From contig JAVVEM010000006.1 of the NCBI GenBank assembly GCA_032250805.1, positions 15,395-79,394 of the forward strand: a stretch of DNA of 64,000 bases. The letters are read 5' to 3'. The DNA is from Bacteroidales bacterium (lineage in GTDB: Bacteria > Bacteroidota > Bacteroidia > Bacteroidales > B18-G4). The translations under genes were made by a program, and so were the position numbers. Shown here piece by piece: positions 18,793 through 28,788 of this stretch (its first letter is position 1; every line of letters begins with the position of its first letter). Below the pieces are notes generated by a model that saw only the letters and a program-made list of their open reading frames with translations, searched no databases and was not told the DNA's origin.

Positions 18793-19908
18793 TTATTCAA
18801 CCTTTTCCGGCAGCAATTCTTCAAGTTTTTCTCTTAGTTCGTCACCCCGAAGGTTCCTGGCAACAATAATACCATCAGGATCGAGGATAATGCTCGAAGG
18901 GATTGAACGAATGCCATAAAGCTTGCCGGCGGCATTATTCCAGTATTGCAGATCAGAAACATGATGCCAGGTTAATCCGTCGTCATGAATAGCCTTGATC
19001 CACTTATCTCTCGTATTGTCGAAAGAAACGCCCAGAATATCAAACCCCCTGTCGTGAAAATCATTATAGCAGGCAACAATATTAGGATTTTCGGCACGGC
19101 AGGGCCCGCACCACGAAGCCCAAAAATCAACCAGCATATATTTTCCCTTACTGATTTCTGATAAGGTAATATCAACACCACTGGTATCTTTCATCGTAAA
19201 ATCAATCAAGGGCTGTCCGATATCCACACGCTTTAAAATCTCAATTCTGTCGACAAGTTCGGCATAATCAGGAGATGCTTCGAGTGCGGGGTCAAAATTA
19301 TTAACGACCTTCATCAACTCATCAACCGTCCACGAATACGCGTTTCGATAAGCAATAAAAGGAGCCACAACATCAGTATTGTTTTCAAAAACATAATCCT
19401 TTATAAATTGCTGCTGTTCATCATACAAGGCATCAAGGCTTTGCTCAACACTGTCCCTTTCTTCTGCGGTTCCCGAATCCCTTACAATCCTGTATTCTTT
19501 ATACAGCTCACGCATCCGGTCTTCGTATGTTTGTATTTCATCCAGGTATTTTGTGTATTGATCATGTGCAACAGAGCCGGTTATTGTGGTGGCATTGCGA
19601 TCATTATTAAATACTGAAACAACAATATTTCCTTCATCAAGAAATATCGGAACATTTCTTTTGAGGTTCTCGATAAAGATATAATGCATTACAGGAAAAT
19701 CAACAACACCTTCCATGCTGAATGTTCCTTCTTCAATAACTGCAGTATCAATTCTTACCCATTCTCCGCCTTCCCTTTTCTGCAGGTAGGCATTGCCATC
19801 GATCAGGGTATCGATCTGAACAGTAATTACATACTGCGAATCATTTTTTTCAGGGGAACAGGATGCCATCAGAAAAACAGCAATCAATAAATAAAATAGT
19901 TTTTTCAT
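18793..19908 (-). CDS. TlpA-family thiol:disulfide oxidoreductase lipoprotein
   Basis: Lipobox FLMASC after the ATG at 19908. Thioredoxin-fold active site FWASWCGPCRAENP. N-terminal DUF4369-like beta domain. Confidence 0.8.
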   Translation of the reverse strand: MKKLFYLLIAVFLMASCSPEKNDSQYVITVQIDTLIDGNAYLQKREGGEWVRIDTAVIEEGTFSMEGVVDFPVMHYIFIENLKRNVPIFLDEGNIVVSVFNNDRNATTITGSVAHDQYTKYLDEIQTYEDRMRELYKEYRIVRDSGTAEERDSVEQSLDALYDEQQQFIKDYVFENNTDVVAPFIAYRNAYSWTVDELMKVVNNFDPALEASPDYAELVDRIEILKRVDIGQPLIDFTMKDTSGVDITLSEISKGKYMLVDFWASWCGPCRAENPNIVACYNDFHDRGFDILGVSFDNTRDKWIKAIHDDGLTWHHVSDLQYWNNAAGKLYGIRSIPSSIILDPDGIIVARNLRGDELREKLEELLPEKVE

Positions 19909-19964
19909 GTTTCGAAAATTATTTGTCAGTGGTTTAAATGCAGATATAAAACTAGTTAAAAACA

Positions 19965-20483
19965 TCAATCTTTAGCAACTTTTTTTGCAAAAAGATATTC
20001 AACAAGCAATACAAGTATCAAAGTTGAAACCGTACTTAGCACTACCCGGTACAGTGTTTGGAAAAATTCTGTAAAGCGGAACATCTCAATATAGAACAGC
20101 GTTATATGATGAATAAATATCAGCAAAAGCGAATAAACAAAAAACCAGTTAAAGCCCATATCCTTGATTCCGGGGCCCAAACCCGGTTCAATATTTTTTG
20201 ATCCTGTTAGTAAGCGGATGATTCCCGGGCGGCAAAAAGCCATAAATACAGATGCGGCAGCATTCAGTCCCGGGGTATGTAAAAAAATATCAACCGACAA
20301 TCCCAACAAAAACGAAGAAAGCAATAACAGCCAACCGGGTGTTTCAAACGGAAGCCACAAGATGAACAACACATACAGGTATGGGTTTATGTAACCATTG
20401 ATCCTGATATTATTAAGAACAAATACCTGAATGATCAGCAGGATAATAAAGCGGGCAATATTTATGATAAGCCGGTTATTCAT
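19965..20483 (-). CDS. mreD: rod shape-determining protein MreD
   Basis: 172-aa polytopic membrane protein immediately downstream of mreC, overlapping it by 8 nt. Position and hydrophobicity are typical. Confidence 0.7.
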   Translation of the reverse strand: MNNRLIINIARFIILLIIQVFVLNNIRINGYINPYLYVLFILWLPFETPGWLLLLSSFLLGLSVDIFLHTPGLNAAASVFMAFCRPGIIRLLTGSKNIEPGLGPGIKDMGFNWFFVYSLLLIFIHHITLFYIEMFRFTEFFQTLYRVVLSTVSTLILVLLVEYLFAKKVAKD

Positions 20484-21282
20484 TTGCCGGGTTTATTTTC
20501 AGACTGTCAATTTCGACAGAGGCCAGGTTTTTGCAAACATACACAAAGCCAAGATTATTAAAATCGGTTGAAAAGATCAGCTCGGCACGATTCAGCGTGC
20601 CCCCCTCATGCATTTTACTGCCAATGGTCCCGATCATTATATTCTGTGGAAAAACAAATGAGTACCCGCTGGTAACAACGGTATCGCCCTGTTTAGGGAT
20701 GATATGTGTGGGGATATCTTCTACCAGCCCTTTGCGGTAATCTATCCCATCCCATACAACATTAACCATTTGTCCGCTGTTTTTTAGTCGTGCGCTTATC
20801 CTGGTATTTTTGTTCAGGACCGACATGGCTGTGGCATAATGTTTTGTCAGTTCAATAATAATTCCGGCCACCCCATTCGAAGAAATGATGCCCATTTCTT
20901 TTTCGATTCCATCTGCGCGGCCCTTATCGATCATGATATAATTATTTCTGTTCCGGCTGGTATTACTGATCACTTTTGCAGGTATGAAGATATAATTTGT
21001 ATCGTTTGCGGATATACTATCCGGAAAACTTATCACTTCTGTCATGCTCCTCAGGCGGGCATTTTCTTCAAGCAGTTTACGGTTGGTTTTTTTCAGGGAA
21101 AAATAATCGCTTATGGCTGTGAAACCCTCATATACAGAGCCTGTAAATGCATTGCTTGTGTTAATAATAGCCGACCTGTGATAATTGTTATGGTTGGCCA
21201 ATAGAACAAAAGCCAGCAGTTCGAGTATAACGAACAGGATAAAGAAAAACTGTTTTTTGAGGATCAGAAACAGATATTTCAT
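20476..21282 (-). CDS. mreC: rod shape-determining protein MreC
   Basis: 268 aa. N-terminal TM, coiled-coil (LLEENARLR), then beta-barrel domains (GDTVVTSGYSFVFPQNIMIGTI). Confidence 0.8.
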   Translation of the reverse strand: MKYLFLILKKQFFFILFVILELLAFVLLANHNNYHRSAIINTSNAFTGSVYEGFTAISDYFSLKKTNRKLLEENARLRSMTEVISFPDSISANDTNYIFIPAKVISNTSRNRNNYIMIDKGRADGIEKEMGIISSNGVAGIIIELTKHYATAMSVLNKNTRISARLKNSGQMVNVVWDGIDYRKGLVEDIPTHIIPKQGDTVVTSGYSFVFPQNIMIGTIGSKMHEGGTLNRAELIFSTDFNNLGFVYVCKNLASVEIDSLKINPANE

Positions 21283-21349
21283 AAAAAACCGCCTTCTGGT
21301 TCAACTTTAATTCAACATCGCCTGCGTTACGATGGAAAAACACCTTAAA

Positions 21350-22372
21350 CTATTTGATAAGGAATGTAAATTTATCAAAGTTCTTGAGCGCTATGCCGGT
21401 TCCTCTTGCTACCGCCCTCAGCGGGTCTTCGGCAACATGAATGGGAAGTTTTGTTTTCAGGTGGAGCCGTTTATCGAGGCCACGCAGCATCGAGCCCCCC
21501 CCAGCAAGGTATATGCCTGTGCGATAAATATCGGCCGAAAGTTCGGGTGGTGTCATTTCAAGTGCATTCAGCACCGCTGCCTCGATCTTTGATATTGATT
21601 TATCGAGCGCGTTGGCAATCTCGGCATAATTTACCGTAATCTCCTTGGGAATTCCCGTTAACATGTCTCTGCCGTGAACAGCATGATCTTCCGGAGGATT
21701 TTCAAGATCGGTAATGGCGGCGCCCACTTCAATCTTAATTCTTTCGGCCGTACGTTCACCGATATTTATGTTATGCTGTTTACGCATATATTCCATAATA
21801 TCGTAGGTAAAGTCATCGCCGGCAATTCTTATCGATTTATTGTTTACGATTCCTCCAAGGGCAATCACGGCAATTTCACTTGTTCCGCCGCCGATATCAA
21901 TGACCATATTTCCTGTAGGTTCAAGCACATCAATACCGATACCGATAGCTGCGGCCATAGGTTCATGGATCAGCTTAACTTCTTTGGCACCTGCCTGCTC
22001 GGCCGAATCTTTTACTGCCCGCTCTTCTACTTCTGTAATCCCGGAGGGGATACAGATCACCATTTTCAGTGCGGGAGGAAACATGGTTTTTCGTGGAAAG
22101 ATCATTTTGATCATTTCACGGATCATATATTCAGCCGATTGGAAATCGGCAATAACACCGTCGCGCAACGGCCTTACCGTTTTTATGTTTTCATGTGTTT
22201 TTCCGTGCATCATCATGGCCCGTTTTCCAACAGCAATGATCTTTCCTGTGTTCCTTTCTATGGCCACAATGGAGGGTTCGTCAACTACAACCTTATCGTT
22301 GTAAATAATAATCGTATTGGCCGTTCCAAGGTCGATAGCGATTTCTTTTGTAAAAAATGAGAAGAGTCCCAT
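21350..22372 (-). CDS. mreB: rod shape-determining protein MreB
   Basis: 340 aa. Actin-fold phosphate and adenosine motifs: IAIDLGTANT, VIDIGGGTSEIAVI, YLAGGGSMLRGLD. Confidence 0.95.
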   Translation of the reverse strand: MGLFSFFTKEIAIDLGTANTIIIYNDKVVVDEPSIVAIERNTGKIIAVGKRAMMMHGKTHENIKTVRPLRDGVIADFQSAEYMIREMIKMIFPRKTMFPPALKMVICIPSGITEVEERAVKDSAEQAGAKEVKLIHEPMAAAIGIGIDVLEPTGNMVIDIGGGTSEIAVIALGGIVNNKSIRIAGDDFTYDIMEYMRKQHNINIGERTAERIKIEVGAAITDLENPPEDHAVHGRDMLTGIPKEITVNYAEIANALDKSISKIEAAVLNALEMTPPELSADIYRTGIYLAGGGSMLRGLDKRLHLKTKLPIHVAEDPLRAVARGTGIALKNFDKFTFLIK

Positions 22373-22383
22373 ATAAATTTCTG

Positions 22384-23898
22384 TTAATGTTTAAAATGAC
22401 GAATTCCTGTAAATACCATTGCAAGCTTATTTTCATTGCAATAATCAATAGAATCCTGGTCCCTTACCGAGCCTCCGGGCTGAATAATTGCCGTGATGCC
22501 GGCCTGATGTGCAATTTTAACCGAATCAGAAAATGGGAAAAATGCATCTGAAGCCATTACGGCCCCATTCAGGTCAAAACCAAACTCGCCAGCTTTTGCA
22601 ATGGCCTGCTTAAGGGCATCGACCCGGGAAGTTTGTCCCATTCCACTGGCAAGCAATTGTTTATTTTTAACAAGGACAATAGCATTTGATTTGGTATGCT
22701 TTACTATTTTGTTTGCAAAAATAAGATCAGCGTTTTCGCGATCACCGGGCTGAATATCTGTTACTGTTTTCAGGTCGTTGACTGTCTCCGTCCTGACATC
22801 CCTGTCCTGAACAATAACACCGTTTAATAACGACCTGAATGTTCTGGAAGGCAAATCTATATCTTTTTTACGAAGGATGATCCTGTTTTTTTTTGATTTC
22901 AGTATTTCCAGTGCTTTGTCGTCGTAGCCGGGAGCCAGGATGATCTCAAAAAAAAGTTTATTGATCTCTGTTGCCGTTTCCGGGTCAATGATCTCATTGG
23001 CGGCAAGTACACCGCCAAATGCCGATACAGGATCTCCCGCAAGAGCATCTTTCCATGCTTCCGGCAGGGATTTTCTGCTTGCGATGCCACAGGCATTGTT
23101 ATGTTTAAGGATGGCAAAGCTTGTTTCCCTGAATTCATCCATCAGCGCAATGGCTGCATCCAGATCGCCCAGGTTATTATATGATATGGCCTTGCCATGC
23201 AGCTGGTCAAATACCTGGTTTAATTTGCCATAGAACACCCCCTGCTGGTGTGGATTTTCGCCATACCTGAGTGGGGCTGCATCATGAAAACCAAGCCTGA
23301 AAGCATTTTCTTCCCCTTCAGTAAAATATGCATGTATGGCAGTATCATAATCTGAGGATATGCCAAAAGCATAAGTGGCAAAACGTTTTCTGTCGGCAAG
23401 ATCGCAATTGCCCTGCTTTTCATTCAGCAAGGCAATAAGTTCATCGTAGTATTCCCTTGACGGAACAATAAGGACATCATTAAAGTTTTTAGCGGCAGCC
23501 CTGATCAGGGAAATTCCACCAATGTCTATCTTTTCAATAATCTCTGATGCATCCGTTGTTGATGCCACGGTATCCTCAAAGGGATAAAGATCAACAATAA
23601 CAAGATCAATCTCTGGAATACCGTATTCATCAAAATGAAGCCTGTCTTCCTGAAGATCTCTTCTGCCAAGAATACCTCCGAAAACTTTTGGATGAAGGGT
23701 TTTAACCCTTCCGCCCAGTATTGAAGGATAGCCTGTAAGCGATTCGACGGTTTCGGCGTTTACCCCCATTTTTGATATGTATTCATAAGTTCCGCCTGTT
23801 GAAAAGACCCTGATATCGTTTTTTTCGAGTAATGTAATGATCTCATCAAGGCGATCCTTATGATAAACTGTTACTAATGCACTTTTAATCTTTTTCAC
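22384..23898 (-). CDS. purH: bifunctional AICAR transformylase / IMP cyclohydrolase
   Basis: MGS-like N-domain (SALVTVYHKD, STGGT, GRVKTLHP) plus AICARFT domain. Start set to the GTG at 23898 (VKKIKSALV). A TAAATTTG -7 box at 23943-23950 would place the TSS downstream of the ORF-track ATG at 23937. Confidence 0.88.
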   Translation of the reverse strand: MKKIKSALVTVYHKDRLDEIITLLEKNDIRVFSTGGTYEYISKMGVNAETVESLTGYPSILGGRVKTLHPKVFGGILGRRDLQEDRLHFDEYGIPEIDLVIVDLYPFEDTVASTTDASEIIEKIDIGGISLIRAAAKNFNDVLIVPSREYYDELIALLNEKQGNCDLADRKRFATYAFGISSDYDTAIHAYFTEGEENAFRLGFHDAAPLRYGENPHQQGVFYGKLNQVFDQLHGKAISYNNLGDLDAAIALMDEFRETSFAILKHNNACGIASRKSLPEAWKDALAGDPVSAFGGVLAANEIIDPETATEINKLFFEIILAPGYDDKALEILKSKKNRIILRKKDIDLPSRTFRSLLNGVIVQDRDVRTETVNDLKTVTDIQPGDRENADLIFANKIVKHTKSNAIVLVKNKQLLASGMGQTSRVDALKQAIAKAGEFGFDLNGAVMASDAFFPFSDSVKIAHQAGITAIIQPGGSVRDQDSIDYCNENKLAMVFTGIRHFKH

Positions 23899-23942
23899 GT
23901 TAAACCAGATTAGGTATTTATATGCCGAAAACCGCAATGCCC

Positions 23943-23963
23943 AAATTTAGTGCATATTTTTGA
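23943..23963. promoter_or_regulatory. divergent candidate -7 boxes (minus-strand TAAATTTG for purH; plus-strand TATTTTTG for the ABC permease)
   Basis: CAAATTTA at 23943-23950 on the plus strand is TAAATTTG on the minus strand. TATTTTTG lies at 23956-23963. Confidence 0.35.
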
Positions 23964-24006
23964 AAGTTATTGTATAACTTTACAATTTGTTAGCGTTCGA
24001 TACAAC

Positions 24007-25251
24007 ATGATATTCTTCAGATTACTACGGGAAAGCTATATTTTCGCCATTCACGAACTCATGGTGAATAAAACACGTACGATACTTACACTATTAGGTA
24101 TCACGATCGGAATATTTTCCATTATCAGTGTATTAACGGTATTTGATTCATTGGAAAACTCAATGCGTAAAGGTATCGACTCGTTGGGCAGCAATGTATT
24201 GTTTATACAAAAATGGCCATGGGCCATGGGGGGAGGCGATTATGCCTGGTGGAAATATTACCAGCGTCCGGAACCTTCATTAAAAGATCTTCGTGAAATT
24301 CAGCACCGGAGTACTGCCTCCGAAGGCAGCGCCATGTTTGTTGAAGTACAAAGAAATGTTCATTACCAGAGCAATCGTATTGAGGACGTGTCGGTAATGG
24401 CGATTACGCATGATTTTAGCCGGATCATGCCGATGGAAATTTCTATGGGCAGGTATTTTACAAACCTGGAATCAAACAGCGGAAAAAATGTTGTTATTCT
24501 GGGTGCCGACATTGCCGAAAATCTTTTCAGTACACTTGATCCTGTTGGCAGAAAAGTTAAGATTTTTAATCAAAAACTGGAAGTCATAGGTGTGTTAAAA
24601 AAGGAAGGTGAGGATTTGTTTGGGAATACTTCTGACGAGCAGGTTCTCATTCCCATGAATTACGCACGTACGGTTTTGGATATAAATAATATATCAACAA
24701 CAATTGTTGTACGGGCAAAATCCTATGTTTCAAATGCTGAGCTTATGGATGAACTTACCGGCATCATGCGCTCGGTTCACAAACTAAAACCGTCAGCCGA
24801 AAATGATTTTGCGATAAACGAAACAGATATTATTTCACAGAGTTTCGATCAGCTTTTTGGCATAATTGCTTTGGTTGGCTGGATCATTGGCGGTTTTTCC
24901 CTGATTGTGGGCGGATTCGGCATTGCCAACATCATGTTCGTGTCTGTGCGCGAAAGAACCAATATTATAGGCATACAAAAGTCCCTGGGGGCAAAAAACT
25001 TCTTCATCCTTATCCAATTCCTCTTTGAAGCGGTTTTCCTTTCACTTATCGGTGGGTTTGTGGGCCTGTTGCTGGTGTATGCAGGATCCTATATCGGGAC
25101 CAATATTCTGGGCTTTGAGATCATATTAACCTGGAATAAGATCATTCTTGGACTGGCCACCTCCTCAGTTATCGGCTTGCTTGCAGGCTACATCCCGGCT
25201 CTGATGGCTTCGAGGCTCGACCCGGTTGAGGCCATGCGCATGAATGCATAA
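24007..25251 (+). CDS. ABC transporter permease (MacB-like periplasmic domain + FtsX)
   Basis: An N-terminal TM, a ~230-aa periplasmic domain, then an FtsX-type 3-TM bundle with GIQKSLGA. Start at the ATG at 24007. Confidence 0.8.
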   Translation: MIFFRLLRESYIFAIHELMVNKTRTILTLLGITIGIFSIISVLTVFDSLENSMRKGIDSLGSNVLFIQKWPWAMGGGDYAWWKYYQRPEPSLKDLREIQHRSTASEGSAMFVEVQRNVHYQSNRIEDVSVMAITHDFSRIMPMEISMGRYFTNLESNSGKNVVILGADIAENLFSTLDPVGRKVKIFNQKLEVIGVLKKEGEDLFGNTSDEQVLIPMNYARTVLDINNISTTIVVRAKSYVSNAELMDELTGIMRSVHKLKPSAENDFAINETDIISQSFDQLFGIIALVGWIIGGFSLIVGGFGIANIMFVSVRERTNIIGIQKSLGAKNFFILIQFLFEAVFLSLIGGFVGLLLVYAGSYIGTNILGFEIILTWNKIILGLATSSVIGLLAGYIPALMASRLDPVEAMRMNA

Positions 25252-25254
25252 AAA

Positions 25255-25277
25255 AAGCTGCCCTTAAAGAGCAGCTT
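25255..25277. terminator. bidirectional hairpin between convergent genes
   Basis: AAGCTGC-ccttaaaga-GCAGCTT, flanked by an A-run upstream and T-rich sequence downstream. Confidence 0.4.
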
Positions 25278-25298
25278 GATAAATTTTCAGACAGAATT

Positions 25299-27449
25299 TT
25301 AATAGAAGTATCGCCTGTAGTCCTGGATCTCGGCTGCATTTTCAAGTGCCTTATATGGAAATGCACCTGTTACACGCTGCTCAAACTCCATTTTTTTCTG
25401 ATTAATATATGCTGAGTAGTCATCCAGGTCGGGAGCTTCGTAGACCTTGTTGATTTTGGCCACAAAAACTCCGGCATTACCTTTGATAATTCCTGTGTAT
25501 TCGCCCTCGTCGAAAGTAAACAAACTTCCGATAACATTATGTTCGGTACCATAGCCCGGGAAATTCCTTGCATTAAAGGTGAGGTTTTCATTGGTATCTA
25601 CCTTTGTATTGAATGCATTGGCGATGGCCTGGAGGTCGGTTGTTGTGCCCAGTTCGCCGATCTTGTCGATGATATAATCTGCTTTTCTTTCGTTTTTGAG
25701 GTTATTTACAAGGCGTTCTTTCATAATGTCGTAAGGAACAACACCCTTTTCGCGTTTGCCGATGTAAACCGCAACCACAAGCTGGCCTCCGATGTCGAAC
25801 ATAGGCGACACATCACCAATCTTTCTGTCATCCATATAAGCCCAGCGGATGATCTGGCGGGTATTTGTAAATGTGGGAAGGTCGAGTTGCATTTCTCTCA
25901 GATAAGACCCTTCTCTTTTATCAAGTCCCTGGTCGATCACGGCCTGGTCGAATTTTTCACGCGTATTGTTTTCTCCTGCAAATCGAGAAGCCACGGTGTA
26001 ATACTCATCATAGGTTTCAGAACTGTATTCGATCGGTACTTCGATTTGTGCTACTCTAACCTTGGTGCGTGGCTCTGATTGACCGGTTACGTGGATAATA
26101 TGAAAACCGAAAGGTGATTCAACCAATGTTATATCGCCTTTATTGCCCATGATGCCGGCCTGGTTAAATGCGTAAACCATTTCACCATCCTGGAACCAGC
26201 CAATATTACCCATATTTGTTCTTACCGAACCATCATCCGACAGTTCAATTGCAATTTGCGGTAATTTAGAAATATCATTTCTGAGTACCGTATAGATGCT
26301 GTCGGCCAGTGCCTGTGCTTCTTCTTTTGTTCTGGTCATCTCGGGATTTGCCCTGAATGCACCCTTGAAGGCGATCAATACATGTTCGGCACTGGCCGAA
26401 TCCGGCCTGAGTTGCCTGTCCATAAGTCTTGCCATATGCCATGCCTTGCCTTCCTTATAGGGCTCAACAAATACTCCGATTTCTTCGTTAAACATTACCG
26501 AGTCGATGAATAATGATAATTCGCCGGGACCATACCAACTGCTGTCATACCTGTTTCCGGGAATATCGTTTACATATCCTGCAGGATCTTTGGCATAGGT
26601 CCAATCGCGAAAAATTTCCATGGTTTCTTCTTCAATAGCCTGCAGGTCTTCGTCGGAAGGGAGTATATTAAATACAACAAATTCAATGTCTCTTGAATTA
26701 TCCTGGATGAATTTGTGCCTGGTATCTTCGTAATATTCACGATATTGTTTGTCGGTTGATTCTCCGGCGATGGAGTCGGGAATTTCAGTGAATTTTGGGG
26801 CAACATAAGCCACTTCAATAAAGTCGGAAGCATTATGATATTCCATTTCGGCCAGGGCTTCGGGCAGGTAATAACCTTTTGAAATAAGTGCATTATACTT
26901 ACTGTTAAGCCTGTCGCTGTATATAAATTCCTTAAAGTTCTCCCATTGTGCCCTGTCGCTGGCAGTCATCTGGTCGAGGTTTTGAATGTACTGTACAACG
27001 AGTGCCGGATCGTACTGGCCGTTTTCATTCACAAAATATTGTTTAACCAGCCTGTGCGGATCAGAGCCCCGGAGCTGATCGATCATTTCTTCAGATGAAA
27101 TTGTAAGCCCGAGCTTTTCATATTCCTCCCGCATGATGATCTCGTTTACACGCTGATTCCATGTTTGATCCTTAATGGTATAGATCTCTTCCGAGGTGAG
27201 ATTGGCTTTTTGCTGGTTGATCTTGGTTAGCTCTACATTTTCGAGTGTTAGCGCTTCAAACTCAGCCAGGGGAATAGATTGGCCATCAATAATGCCTACT
27301 TCCCTTTTTGTTCCCGGTCCGCTTGAATAACCAAGAACATTTCTGGCCCAATCGATAAGATTTGGTCCAACCAAAAAAGCAACAAGTGATATTCCAACCA
27401 ATATTACAGCGATTGCTGAATGCTTTCTAATATATCCGATTACTGCCAT
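25299..27449 (-). CDS. ppiD: periplasmic chaperone / peptidyl-prolyl isomerase PpiD-like
   Basis: ~716 aa from the ATG at 27449. N-terminal membrane anchor, SurA_N-like domain and a central parvulin-like domain (GWFQDGEMV...FGFHIIHV). Confidence 0.75.
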   Translation of the reverse strand: MAVIGYIRKHSAIAVILVGISLVAFLVGPNLIDWARNVLGYSSGPGTKREVGIIDGQSIPLAEFEALTLENVELTKINQQKANLTSEEIYTIKDQTWNQRVNEIIMREEYEKLGLTISSEEMIDQLRGSDPHRLVKQYFVNENGQYDPALVVQYIQNLDQMTASDRAQWENFKEFIYSDRLNSKYNALISKGYYLPEALAEMEYHNASDFIEVAYVAPKFTEIPDSIAGESTDKQYREYYEDTRHKFIQDNSRDIEFVVFNILPSDEDLQAIEEETMEIFRDWTYAKDPAGYVNDIPGNRYDSSWYGPGELSLFIDSVMFNEEIGVFVEPYKEGKAWHMARLMDRQLRPDSASAEHVLIAFKGAFRANPEMTRTKEEAQALADSIYTVLRNDISKLPQIAIELSDDGSVRTNMGNIGWFQDGEMVYAFNQAGIMGNKGDITLVESPFGFHIIHVTGQSEPRTKVRVAQIEVPIEYSSETYDEYYTVASRFAGENNTREKFDQAVIDQGLDKREGSYLREMQLDLPTFTNTRQIIRWAYMDDRKIGDVSPMFDIGGQLVVAVYIGKREKGVVPYDIMKERLVNNLKNERKADYIIDKIGELGTTTDLQAIANAFNTKVDTNENLTFNARNFPGYGTEHNVIGSLFTFDEGEYTGIIKGNAGVFVAKINKVYEAPDLDDYSAYINQKKMEFEQRVTGAFPYKALENAAEIQDYRRYFY

Positions 27450-27508
27450 TTTTATAGTTTTTTTAAGAGTTTGCAAAGGTATAATTTAATTTGAATATGT
27501 AAACAAAA

Positions 27509-28771
27509 TCAGATGATTTTTAAGCGTACCTGGTCAATGCGGTTTTCGCTGGCCTGCAGGATGGTAAAAGAAAAATTGCCGATCGTGATCTCCTCCCTGA
27601 GGTCGGGAATACTTTCGTGATAACTGATAATGAATCCTGCAATGGTCTCATAATCATCAGATTGAGGAAGATCAAGTTTGTATTTCTCGTTGAGGTAGTC
27701 AATTTCCAGCCTTCCCGACAGAATATATTCATTTTCAGCTACTTTCTTTTCGATGAATTCATCTTCATCATACTCATCGTCTATTTCACCAAAAATTTCT
27801 TCAATAATGTCTTCCATTGTTACGATACCTGCTGTTCCGCCAAATTCATCAACCACAATGGCAATGCTTTTATGCTGTTTGAAGAACATCGACAACACAT
27901 CGTGGGCCAGCATGGTTTCGGGCACAAAAAATACCGAACGGGTGATGGATTTGATATCTTTTGGTTGCCTGAACATATCAGATGAATGCGTATAACCAAT
28001 GATGTTGTCGATGGTTTCGCTGTAGATCAGTATTTTTGAAAACCCTGTTTCGATAAACATATTGCGCAGCATTTCGAGCGTATCGCTTTCTTCGACGGCG
28101 ACAATTTCGGGCCGGGGCACCATACAGGCCCTTAGACGTATGTTCGAGAAATCAAGCACATTCTGCACCATTTGAATTTCCTGTCGCACCTCTCCTTCAG
28201 TATGATGTTCGCCTGTAAATATGCTGATATAGTCGTTCAGGTCGATGGGAGTAAAAACATAGGCCTGTTCAAGAGATCTGATCCCGAAGAAGATCCTGAG
28301 AAGCCAGGCGGCGAGTCCGGTAAATAAATATATAAACGGAAAGAAAAGATAAAAAAAGATGCTTACCGGAATTGCGAAAAAATTAAGGATATTGTTGGGA
28401 TTTTTTCTGAAAATAATTTTCGGAAAGAATTCGGCAGTAAATAATATGATCAGGGTTGCAATGATGGTTTGCAGTATCAGGATCAACGATTCTGACTGGA
28501 GATTTTCGGGAAGAAAACCAATAATTACAGGTTCAAGTAAGCTGGCCATGGCTATACCGTAAATCACCAGGGCAATATTATTTCCAAGCAAGAGGGCGCC
28601 AATAAAACGTGAAGGATTTTTGTTGAAACGCGAAAGAATTTTACCTGAAAGCAAGCCACGGCTCTTGTCCAGCTCGATCTTCAGATTATTTGAGCTGATA
28701 AAAGCAATTTCCATTCCTGAGAAGAATGCAGAAAACACAAGAGAAATAATAATGATCAATGTATCGTTCAT
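27509..28771 (-). CDS. CNNM/DUF21-CBS-CorC_HlyC family protein (hemolysin-family, GldE-like)
   Basis: 420 aa. Four N-terminal TM helices (DUF21), a CBS pair, and a C-terminal CorC_HlyC domain (ETIAGFI...). Confidence 0.85.
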   Translation of the reverse strand: MNDTLIIIISLVFSAFFSGMEIAFISSNNLKIELDKSRGLLSGKILSRFNKNPSRFIGALLLGNNIALVIYGIAMASLLEPVIIGFLPENLQSESLILILQTIIATLIILFTAEFFPKIIFRKNPNNILNFFAIPVSIFFYLFFPFIYLFTGLAAWLLRIFFGIRSLEQAYVFTPIDLNDYISIFTGEHHTEGEVRQEIQMVQNVLDFSNIRLRACMVPRPEIVAVEESDTLEMLRNMFIETGFSKILIYSETIDNIIGYTHSSDMFRQPKDIKSITRSVFFVPETMLAHDVLSMFFKQHKSIAIVVDEFGGTAGIVTMEDIIEEIFGEIDDEYDEDEFIEKKVAENEYILSGRLEIDYLNEKYKLDLPQSDDYETIAGFIISYHESIPDLREEITIGNFSFTILQASENRIDQVRLKII

Positions 28772-28788
28772 GACTGGGCTCGGCTCAC

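Noticed and set aside
21674-22360. 228-aa and 154-aa plus-strand ORFs opposite mreB.
   Set aside because: MreB on the minus strand is unambiguous. These are typical long antisense frames.
23898-24006. Looked for a ZTP (pfl) riboswitch upstream of purH.
   Set aside because: The leader is under ~50 nt and lacks the conserved pfl pseudoknot sequences.
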